Assembly (NCBI GenBank): GCA_002269645.1
Contig: NIVC01003765.1
Span: forward strand, 1 to 64,000
Direction: 5' to 3'
DNA length: 64,000 nt
Source of the DNA: Macrostomum lignano
Lineage: Eukaryota
In this document: in pieces, positions 46,492 to 57,800 of the stretch
Position numbering within the stretch: position 1 is the stretch's first letter
Layout: the number at the start of each line of letters is the position of its first letter
Translations under genes and position numbers: made by a program
The notes under the pieces: model-generated
Databases searched by the model: none
What the model was told of the DNA's origin: nothing
What the model saw: the letters and a program-made list of their open reading frames with translations, nothing else

Positions 46492-48368
46492 CAGCAGGAA
46501 TGCCAAGCCATTTTTCCGCCCGTCGAACTACCAAGGGGGGGAAAAAAATTCCCCCCCCTGACAATTTTTTTTGCTGCGCCGGAACGGAGCAACGCAGGCA
46601 TACGAAATTCAAGAACATGGGCTGACTTTTTGTTGCGCACCTTCTCAAACAAGAATCAAGTCGCCAGCCATCCGGACCGTCGAGATATTCGACGATTCTT
46701 CCAGAAGGTCGGATTTTTCCCATAAGCGCTAGTGTATTCAGTACACCCCTGTGCGCCAATCAGCACTGCGCCTCAGCGCAGCCTTGCAATGCCTCCAAAT
46801 TTCATCAGCACGTCGACCACATGTGTCTGCATCAGCTCTGACTTTGTTGGTCACTAGCCTTCACCCAGGCGGAGCTTCTGGACCTTCAACAGGTGGCACC
46901 AAGTGACTATGGACACTCTGATACGAATTTCTCGAGTTTCGCTGATCAAGTCTCGACAGTGGGCATACCTCAACTGCTAGGTATCCTCAGCTAGTCTTTC
47001 GAGCCTTCCATCATCACCCCGACGCCGTCGGCACCTTCAACAGATGACACCAGGCGACTATGAACACCTTGATGCGAACTTCTCGAGTTTCACCGATCAA
47101 GCCTCGACAGTGAGCAAGCCTCAACTGCCGGACACCCTCAGCTAATCTCTCAAGCATTCAGTCATCACTCGGACGCCGTCGGAACCTTCAACAGATGACA
47201 CCAGGCGACTATGAACACCTTGATGCGAACTTCTCGAGTTTCACCGATCAAGCCTCGACAGTAGGCAAGCCTCAACTGCCGGACACCCTCAGCTAGTCTC
47301 TCAAGCATTCCGTCATCATCCCGACGCCGTCGGCTCTTTCAACAGATTACAACAGGTGACTATGAACATCCTATTGCAAATATGTCAGGTTTTTCTGATC
47401 AAGCTTCAATATTGGGCAAACCTCAACTGCTGGACATCCTCAGCTAGTCTCTCAAGCATTCAGCCAGCACCCCGACGCCGTCGGCACCTTCAACAGGTGG
47501 CACCAGGGGAGTAATGACACCTGAGCGTGATTTTTCATCATGCTCTTAACATTTCTGAAGCTCTCAGATTTTTTTAAGCACGAACATTGGTATAGTTAAG
47601 CTTGAACTCATGTTGCTGTATATTTATATTATTATTACACATACTTTTATGCATACGAGCTACATACATATTTTATTCGAAAAGCTGTTTAGTTTATTCA
47701 GCTATAATATTGAACCCAATGCAGAAAGGGTTATGCTTTTAAAAAGCCAGTAAATTCAGTCGGTTTTTTCATTTTTTTAATGATTCAGAAATGTTAAGAG
47801 CATGATGAAAAATCACGCTCACGTGTCATTACTCCCCTGGTGCCACCTGTTGAAGGTGCCGACGGCGTCGGGGTGATGACTGAATGCTTGAGAGACTAGC
47901 TGAAGATGTTCTGCGGTTGAGGCTTGCCCATTGGCAAGGCTTGATCAGCGAAACTCGAGAAATTCGTATCAGAGTGTCCATAGTCACTTGGTGCCACCTG
48001 TTGAAGGTCCAGAAGCTCCGCCTGGGTGAAGGCTAGTGACCAACGAAGTCAGAGCTGATGCAGACACATGTGGTCGACGTGCTGATGAAATTTGGAGGCT
48101 TGGCAAGGCTGCGCTGAGGCGCAGTGCTGATTGGCGCACAGGGGTGTACTGAATACACTAGCGCTTATGGGAAAAATCCGACCTTCTGGCAGAATCGTCG
48201 AATATCTCGACGGTCCGGATGGCTGGCGACTTGATTCTTGTTTGAGAAGGTGCGCAACAAAAAGTTAGCCCGTGTTCTTGAATTTTGTGTGTCTGCGTTG
48301 CTCCGTTCCGGCGCAGCAAAAAAAATTGTCAGGGGGGGGGGAATTTCCCCCCCTTGGTAGTTCTACTG
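46492..48368. mobile_element. Non-autonomous foldback element B (TTAA|CAG...CTG|TTAA) with long inverted arms and AT-rich central spacer (~47560-47775)
   Basis: TTAA at 46488-46491 and 48369-48372. The right arm 47775-48368 is the reverse complement of the left-arm sequences. No ORF. Confidence 0.88.
46883..47520. repeat. 151-bp tandem subrepeats inside element B
   Basis: C(C/T)TTCAACAG recurs at 46883, 47034, 47185, 47336 and 47487 (exact 151-bp period). Confidence 0.9.
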
Positions 48369-49209
48369 TTAACTTAGCTTAGTCACTTTGTTTGCATCGT
48401 GCGTTCAGCGTGTACTCAGTGAATCAGAGCGTACTCTGTGCAGTTCAATGTGCATCATTGAGCTAGCCTTGCATCGCTCCTTAAGTCTCTACCATTTCGT
48501 ACTCTCTCCACTTACTTTGCCAGTGTTCATCAGTGAAATTCAATATTATTCAAGCTTTTGCTCTCGATTTTTAACTCGTTAGACTAACTTTAGCGTAACT
48601 GCAACGTTAGATAGCTAATTTAACTATCAATAACTCGTTTAAGTAACTTTGGCTATTCTACAAATATATCGCAAGAATTCATACTCGTTATTAACAACAA
48701 TCAGTTCCTGACGTCAGAAGTGGTGGCGAAAAAGTGCTGAAAAATAAACACATACACTTAGCAACATTGAAAAGTCGCCATTCTATGCGCCAGTGAGCAA
48801 TTTCTCTTGGACTTTTTTGAAAACAAATATACGAAAAAACTGATCGGGGTAGCTTTAATCCGTCCAACCCGCGACCTCTCCCCCACTTTATTCCTCAACT
48901 CAAGTCTGCCGCGGTGTAGCTAAGTTGCGGCAAAGATAGAGAGACTTTACCTGCACTCTCAAAAGTGGCGACCACAGACTGAATCTTCTGTGATGACGAC
49001 TTTTAAATGTTGCTGAGTATATTACAGTTACGAAGGAGCTGACACATGCTGATTCGACGATTCCAGAAATGTACTTTAATTTTCCTATTCTAGCTCGTAA
49101 GGTGATGAAAAGTATTTCCTATTCGATAACACCACAACTGCAAGATATTTTGTGCGAGCTATGACAGATGAGACTAAGATCGAAATTCTTATGCAATCTA
49201 TTTTCAGAA

Positions 49210-50931
49210 ATGCCAGGAAGACCCCTCCAAGTGACGAAGCCGGTCGTTGAAGGCCAGCAGTGGGATGATGAACAGGATCGATTTCAATTTAACCGCGACT
49301 TCGCTGAACTCATTGACTCACCGGAAAGACTTGCCAAATCGCCTGTCGCCGTCATCAGCGTGGCTGGAGCCTTCCGCAAGGGCAAGTCTTTTCTGCTCAA
49401 CTTCTTCCTGAGATACCTCCGAGCTCTCAGTCGAGGTGACACTCGTGACTGGATTCTATCTGAGGACCAGCTAGACGACGGATTCCACTGGAGAGCCGGG
49501 AGCGAGAGAGACACCACCGGGATCCTCATCTGGTCCGAGCCGTTCTTCATCCGCAAGCCCGACGGACAAGAGGTGGCCGTGCTGCTCATGGACACTCAGG
49601 GCACATTTGATCACCAATCGACCCAGCAGGACTGCACCACCATCTTTGCCTTCAGCACACTGATGAGCTCAGTTCAGATCTTCAACATCTCGCAGAACAT
49701 CCAGGAGACGGATCTGCAGCACCTTCGACTATTTATTGAGTTCGCTTCGATGGCGAAGAACTCTGCAAAGAAAGTTCTCCAACATCTGTGGTTCCTCATC
49801 AGAGACTGGCAGAATCCAGACGAGTATGATTACGGAGCTAATGGCGGAGAAGACTACCTTAAAAACGTTCTTGCGTGTGATGAAAAGAAGCCTCCAGAGA
49901 ACCAGGCGCTGAGACAAGGCATCAAGCGGCAGTTCGAGGCGGCGTCCAGCTTCCTGCTGCCGTATCCTGGAAAAGCAGTCACGCGAGCGGATTTCAAGGG
50001 TCAAGTTGACAGGCTCGATAGCGACTTTGTCGAGCACCTGGATTGCTTTGTCCGCCGTATTTTGGCGCCCGAAAATCTTGTGGTCAAGAAGCTGAACGGC
50101 AAGGTGCTCACTGGTCGAGAGTTTTTCTCACTTATTGAAGTTTACTTCGATGCCTTCCGCCTTGGCAAGCTGCCGACTCCGAAGAGCATCTTCACCGCCA
50201 CCGTCGAGATGGCCAATCAATCTGCTTCGCGGGACGCAGTGAAATTCTTCGAAGATTCGATGGGCTCACTTTCGGGTCCGACAGCCATCAGCGACCAGGA
50301 GCTGAGCGACCTACTCAGTACGATGTTTGAGCAGGCGATGCAGCACTTCGATGACAACTGCATGGAGAGAGGATCGAAAGACACTGCTCAAACCAGGATG
50401 AAGCTCGAAGCTGAGCTCCGAGGACTGTTCCAGCAGCAGCAGATGCTGAACCAGCTGAAGTCGGACAAGATCGAGGCCGAGACGAAGAGCCGCATGCTGA
50501 TGGACCACATAAAGCGCATGCAGGACGAGAGCCTGGCAGCTGCACAACGAATGTGCGAGATGGAGAAGGAGTTCGCTGACAAAGTTGCTGAGATTCAACG
50601 CTCGGCGATTACAAGAGAGCAAATGGAGGAGATGCTGGTTAAGCACTCGACTGCGCAAAAGGAATTGGAAAAGCAGAATGAAAAGATGATGAAGCGAACC
50701 GTGGAGATGGCGGAGAAAAACCGGAAGTTGATGAGTAAGCTGAAGCAGAATAAAGAGGAGGCGATGCAGCAGCAGCAGGAGATGATGGAGGAGTTTATGC
50801 GGCAAATGAAGGTTGCACAGGAAAAATACAGGAAGGCGGCAGAGGATTCTTCCAACTTTTTCACAAAGTATGTTTCTCCCATTTTGTCCGCCGCCGTTCC
50901 TACAGCTTTGCGTCTTTGGTTTCAAAGTTAG
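49210..50931 (+). CDS. ATL: Atlastin-family GTPase, TM-less, coiled coil, hydrophobic/amphipathic C-terminal tail; 573 aa, intronless (copy 4)
   Basis: ATG at 49210 follows TTTTCAG|AA. GAFRKGKS, GSERDTTG, LLMDTQG, LIRDW and FLLPYPG motifs. Ends NFFTKYVSPILSAAVPTALRLWFQS with no CaaX. Confidence 0.9.
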   Translation: MPGRPLQVTKPVVEGQQWDDEQDRFQFNRDFAELIDSPERLAKSPVAVISVAGAFRKGKSFLLNFFLRYLRALSRGDTRDWILSEDQLDDGFHWRAGSERDTTGILIWSEPFFIRKPDGQEVAVLLMDTQGTFDHQSTQQDCTTIFAFSTLMSSVQIFNISQNIQETDLQHLRLFIEFASMAKNSAKKVLQHLWFLIRDWQNPDEYDYGANGGEDYLKNVLACDEKKPPENQALRQGIKRQFEAASSFLLPYPGKAVTRADFKGQVDRLDSDFVEHLDCFVRRILAPENLVVKKLNGKVLTGREFFSLIEVYFDAFRLGKLPTPKSIFTATVEMANQSASRDAVKFFEDSMGSLSGPTAISDQELSDLLSTMFEQAMQHFDDNCMERGSKDTAQTRMKLEAELRGLFQQQQMLNQLKSDKIEAETKSRMLMDHIKRMQDESLAAAQRMCEMEKEFADKVAEIQRSAITREQMEEMLVKHSTAQKELEKQNEKMMKRTVEMAEKNRKLMSKLKQNKEEAMQQQQEMMEEFMRQMKVAQEKYRKAAEDSSNFFTKYVSPILSAAVPTALRLWFQS

Positions 50932-51851
50932 CATCGTCATGCAGCATATCATAGAGTTGATTCGATTACTCGCAGTTCTAATTTTTCTATCTCCAAAAGT
51001 GCGCATGGCTCACTATATGCGCTTTGTAGTGTCAATAAAATGTTTAACGTTTTTAAAACAAACTTGAACGTTTCGGTTAGAATCCAAATGAGCACGATGC
51101 TACTCAATAATCCTAAAAAGCCGGTATGTAAGAGAAAACTCAAGTAAAAAAAATTGCTTTGACCTTTGCGTAACCTTTGCGAGACCATATTTTACTGCCT
51201 CTGCAGCTCTGCTGGCATGATTTATTAGAAAATTATCTAATTATTGTTTGCGTGCAGATGCTGTCTATTTAATATTGAATACATTACCTAGAATGTGAAT
51301 TATATCCAATAGTTCTGCACCTGAGGCCCTTGCTGCGATTATTAAAATTGCATGCTTCTGCTGTTCCTTTTTACCTTTGAATTGTACCTTTTAACTTCAA
51401 TTCACAACAATTTTAAATGTTTTCTACTTTCATATACGCAAGTTTATGTATACTGTTCGCCTGTTCGAGGATAACCTGACGCGTGTGAGCACTTCGATAG
51501 GTGGGCGGCAAACCATTGACAACTCGAGCGTAAAGCAGATGGGCGCTAATCTTGCAAATCATGCAAAATTGAAAGTTTTCAGTTCTTAGTGCTAAATTCA
51601 CAACACCTTACCTTCTGAACTTCTGAATTATAGCTCGTACGCTCGTAACTATAAAGCCAGTGTTTTTCGCTTGAGTTGCATTCACAAGTATTTCATAAAA
51701 AAGAAGAAAATATATGGAAACAGTGGAAATTTCTTCAGCACTTTGCTTGCCTGTCAGTCTCTAATCTGGTAGTTTTTGGGAATTTTGTGCTGTAAAACGT
51801 TATACTTCGTGTCTCATCAATGTGTTTAAATAGGCAAGAATCAACTAATGT

Positions 51852-54800
51852 ACAATACAGAACAGACCAACAGACAGCCACAGCACCATTAAAGGACAAT
51901 ACAGAACAGACCAACAGACAGCCACAGCACCATTAAAGGACAATACAGAACAGACCAACAGACAGCCACAGCACCATTAAAGGACAATACAGAACAGACC
52001 AACAGACAGCCACAGCACCATTAAAGGACAATACAGAACAGACCAACAGACAGCCACAGCACCATTAAAGGACAATACAGAACAGACCAACAGACAGCCA
52101 CAGCACCATTAAAGGACAATACAGAACAGACCAACAGACAGCCACAGCACCATTAAAGGACAATACAGAACAGACCAACAGACAGCCACAGCACCATTAA
52201 AGGACAATACAGAACAGACCAACAGACAGCCACAGCACCATTAAAGGACAATACAGAACAGACCAACAGACAGCCACAGCACCATTAAAGGACAATACAG
52301 AACAGACCAACAGACAGCCACAGCACCATTAAAGGACAATACAGAACAGACCAACAGACAGCCACAGCACCATTAAAGGACAATACAGAACAGACCAACA
52401 GACAGCCACAGCACCATTAAAGGACAATACAGAACAGACCAACAGACAGCCACAGCACCATTAAAGGACAATACAGAACAGACCAACAGACAGCCACAGC
52501 ACCATTAAAGGACAATACAGAACAGACCAACAGACAGCCACAGCACCATTAAAGGACAATACAGAACAGACCAACAGACAGCCACAGCACCATTAAAGGA
52601 CAATACAGAACAGACCAACAGACAGCCACAGCACCATTAAAGGACAATACAGAACAGACCAACAGACAGCCACAGCACCATTAAAGGACAATACAGAACA
52701 GACCAACAGACAGCCACAGCACCATTAAAGGACAATACAGAACAGACCAACAGACAGCCACAGCACCATTAAAGGACAATACAGAACAGACCAACAGACA
52801 GCCACAGCACCATTAAAGGACAATACAGAACAGACCAACAGACAGCCACAGCACCATTAAAGGACAATACAGAACAGACCAACAGACAGCCACAGCACCA
52901 TTAAAGGACAATACAGAACAGACCAACAGACAGCCACAGCACCATTAAAGGACAATACAGAACAGACCAACAGACAGCCACAGCACCATTAAAGGACAAT
53001 ACAGAACAGACCAACAGACAGCCACAGCACCATTAAAGGACAATACAGAACAGACCAACAGACAGCCACAGCACCATTAAAGGACAATACAGAACAGACC
53101 AACAGACAGCCACAGCACCATTAAAGGACAATACAGAACAGACCAACAGACAGCCACAGCACCATTAAAGGACAATACAGAACAGACCAACAGACAGCCA
53201 CAGCACCATTAAAGGACAATACAGAACAGACCAACAGACAGCCACAGCACCATTAAAGGACAATACAGAACAGACCAACAGACAGCCACAGCACCATTAA
53301 AGGACAATACAGAACAGACCAACAGACAGCCACAGCACCATTAAAGGACAATACAGAACAGACCAACAGACAGCCACAGCACCATTAAAGGACAATACAG
53401 AACAGACCAACAGACAGCCACAGCACCATTAAAGGACAATACAGAACAGACCAACAGACAGCCACAGCACCATTAAAGGACAATACAGAACAGACCAACA
53501 GACAGCCACAGCACCATTAAAGGACAATACAGAACAGACCAACAGACAGCCACAGCACCATTAAAGGACAATACAGAACTGACCAACAGACAGCCACAGC
53601 ACCATTAAAGGACAATACAGAACTGACCAACAGACAGCCACAGCACCATTAAAGGACAATACAGAACTGACCAACAGACAGCCACAGCACCATTAAAGGA
53701 CAATACAGAACAGACCAACAGACAGCCACAGCACCATTAAAGGACAATACAGAACTGACCAACAGACAGCCACAGCACCATTAAAGGACAATACAGAACA
53801 GACCAACAGACAGCCACAGCACCATTAAAGGACAATACAGAACAGACCAACAGACAGCCACAGCACCATTAAAGGACAATACAGAACTGACCAACAGACA
53901 GCCACAGCACCATTAAAGGACAATACAGAACAGACCAACAGACAGCCACAGCACCATTAAAGGACAATACAGAACAGACCAACAGACAGCCACAGCACCA
54001 TTAAAGGACAATACAGAACAGACCAACAGACAGCCACAGCACCATTAAAGGACAATACAGAACAGACCAACAGACAGCCACAGCACCATTAAAGGACAAT
54101 ACAGAACAGACCAACAGACAGCCACAGCACCATTAAAGGACAATACAGAACAGACCAACAGACAGCCACAGCACCATTAAAGGACAATACAGAACAGACC
54201 AACAGACAGCCACAGCACCATTAAAGGACAATACAGAACAGACCAACAGACAGCCACAGCACCATTAAAGGACAATACAGAACAGACCAACAGACAGCCA
54301 CAGCACCATTAAAGGACAATACAGAACAGACCAACAGACAGCCACAGCACCATTAAAGGACAATACAGAACAGACCAACAGACAGCCACAGCACCATTAA
54401 AGGACAATACAGAACAGACCAACAGACAGCCACAGCACCATTAAAGGACAATACAGAACAGACCAACAGACAGCCACAGCACCATTAAAGGACAATACAG
54501 AACAGACCAACAGACAGCCACAGCACCATTAAAGGACAATACAGAACAGACCAACAGACAGCCACAGCACCATTAAAGGACAATACAGAACAGACCAACA
54601 GACAGCCACAGCACCATTAAAGGACAATACAGAACAGACCAACAGACAGCCACAGCACCATTAAAGGACAATACAGAACAGACCAACAGACAGCCACAGC
54701 ACCATTAAAGGACAATACAGAACAGACCAACAGACAGCCACAGCACCATTAAAGGACAATACAGAACAGACCAACAGACAGCCACAGCACCATTAAAGGA

Positions 54801-57800
54801 CAATACAGAACAGACCAACAGACAGCCACAGCACCATTAAAGGACAATACAGAACAGACCAACAGACAGCCACAGCACCATTAAAGGACAATACAGAACA
54901 GACCAACAGACAGCCACAGCACCATTAAAGGACAATACAGAACAGACCAACAGACAGCCACAGCACCATTAAAGGACAATACAGAACAGACCAACAGACA
55001 GCCACAGCACCATTAAAGGACAATACAGAACAGACCAACAGACAGCCACAGCACCATTAAAGGACAATACAGAACAGACCAACAGACAGCCACAGCACCA
55101 TTAAAGGACAATACAGAACAGACCAACAGACAGCCACAGCACCATTAAAGGACAATACAGAACAGACCAACAGACAGCCACAGCACCATTAAAGGACAAT
55201 ACAGAACAGACCAACAGACAGCCACAGCACCATTAAAGGACAATACAGAACAGACCAACAGACAGCCACAGCACCATTAAAGGACAATACAGAACAGACC
55301 AACAGACAGCCACAGCACCATTAAAGGACAATACAGAACAGACCAACAGACAGCCACAGCACCATTAAAGGACAATACAGAACAGACCAACAGACAGCCA
55401 CAGCACCATTAAAGGACAATACAGAACAGACCAACAGACAGCCACAGCACCATTAAAGGACAATACAGAACAGACCAACAGACAGCCACAGCACCATTAA
55501 AGGACAATACAGAACAGACCAACAGACAGCCACAGCACCATTAAAGGACAATACAGAACAGACCAACAGACAGCCACAGCACCATTAAAGGACAATACAG
55601 AACAGACCAACAGACAGCCACAGCACCATTAAAGGACAATACAGAACAGACCAACAGACAGCCACAGCACCATTAAAGGACAATACAGAACAGACCAACA
55701 GACAGCCACAGCACCATTAAAGGACAATACAGAACAGACCAACAGACAGCCACAGCACCATTAAAGGACAATACAGAACAGACCAACAGACAGCCACAGC
55801 ACCATTAAAGGACAATACAGAACAGACCAACAGACAGCCACAGCACCATTAAAGGACAATACAGAACAGACCAACAGACAGCCACAGCACCATTAAAGGA
55901 CAATACAGAACAGACCAACAGACAGCCACAGCACCATTAAAGGACAATACAGAACAGACCAACAGACAGCCACAGCACCATTAAAGGACAATACAGAACA
56001 GACCAACAGACAGCCACAGCACCATTAAAGGACAATACAGAACAGACCAACAGACAGCCACAGCACCATTAAAGGACAATACAGAACAGACCAACAGACA
56101 GCCACAGCACCATTAAAGGACAATACAGAACAGACCAACAGACAGCCACAGCACCATTAAAGGACAATACAGAACAGACCAACAGACAGCCACAGCACCA
56201 TTAAAGGACAATACAGAACAGACCAACAGACAGCCACAGCACCATTAAAGGACAATACAGAACAGACCAACAGACAGCCACAGCACCATTAAAGGACAAT
56301 ACAGAACAGACCAACAGACAGCCACAGCACCATTAAAGGACAATACAGAACAGACCAACAGACAGCCACAGCACCATTAAAGGACAATACAGAACAGACC
56401 AACAGACAGCCACAGCACCATTAAAGGACAATACAGAACAGACCAACAGACAGCCACAGCACCATTAAAGGACAATACAGAACAGACCAACAGACAGCCA
56501 CAGCACCATTAAAGGACAATACAGAACAGACCAACAGACAGCCACAGCACCATTAAAGGACAATACAGAACAGACCAACAGACAGCCACAGCACCATTAA
56601 AGGACAATACAGAACAGACCAACAGACAGCCACAGCACCATTAAAGGACAATACAGAACAGACCAACAGACAGCCACAGCACCATTAAAGGACAATACAG
56701 AACAGACCAACAGACAGCCACAGCACCATTAAAGGACAATACAGAACAGACCAACAGACAGCCACAGCACCATTAAAGGACAATACAGAACAGACCAACA
56801 GACAGCCACAGCACCATTAAAGGACAATACAGAACAGACCAACAGACAGCCACAGCACCATTAAAGGACAATACAGAACAGACCAACAGACAGCCACAGC
56901 ACCATTAAAGGACAATACAGAACAGACCAACAGACAGCCACAGCACCATTAAAGGACAATACAGAACAGACCAACAGACAGCCACAGCACCATTAAAGGA
57001 CAATACAGAACAGACCAACAGACAGCCACAGCACCATTAAAGGACAATACAGAACAGACCAACAGACAGCCACAGCACCATTAAAGGACAATACAGAACA
57101 GACCAACAGACAGCCACAGCACCATTAAAGGACAATACAGAACAGACCAACAGACAGCCACAGCACCATTAAAGGACAATACAGAACAGACCAACAGACA
57201 GCCACAGCACCATTAAAGGACAATACAGAACAGACCAACAGACAGCCACAGCACCATTAAAGGACAATACAGAACAGACCAACAGACAGCCACAGCACCA
57301 TTAAAGGACAATACAGAACAGACCAACAGACAGCCACAGCACCATTAAAGGACAATACAGAACAGACCAACAGACAGCCACAGCACCATTAAAGGACAAT
57401 ACAGAACAGACCAACAGACAGCCACAGCACCATTAAAGGACAATACAGAACAGACCAACAGACAGCCACAGCACCATTAAAGGACAATACAGAACAGACC
57501 AACAGACAGCCACAGCACCATTAAAGGACAATACAGAACAGACCAACAGACAGCCACAGCACCATTAAAGGACAATACAGAACAGACCAACAGACAGCCA
57601 CAGCACCATTAAAGGACAATACAGAACAGACCAACAGACAGCCACAGCACCATTAAAGGACAATACAGAACAGACCAACAGACAGCCACAGCACCATTAA
57701 AGGACAATACAGAACAGACCAACAGACAGCCACAGCACCATTAAAGGACAATACAGAACAGACCAACAGACAGCCACAGCACCATTAAAGGACAATACAG

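Noticed and set aside
32728-50931. Annotation as true GBPs or as canonical ER atlastins
   Set aside because: The G-domain motifs (GAFRKGKSFL, ERDTTG, RDW, LLPHPG) are atlastin-type, not GBP-type. The TM hairpin required for canonical atlastin is absent.
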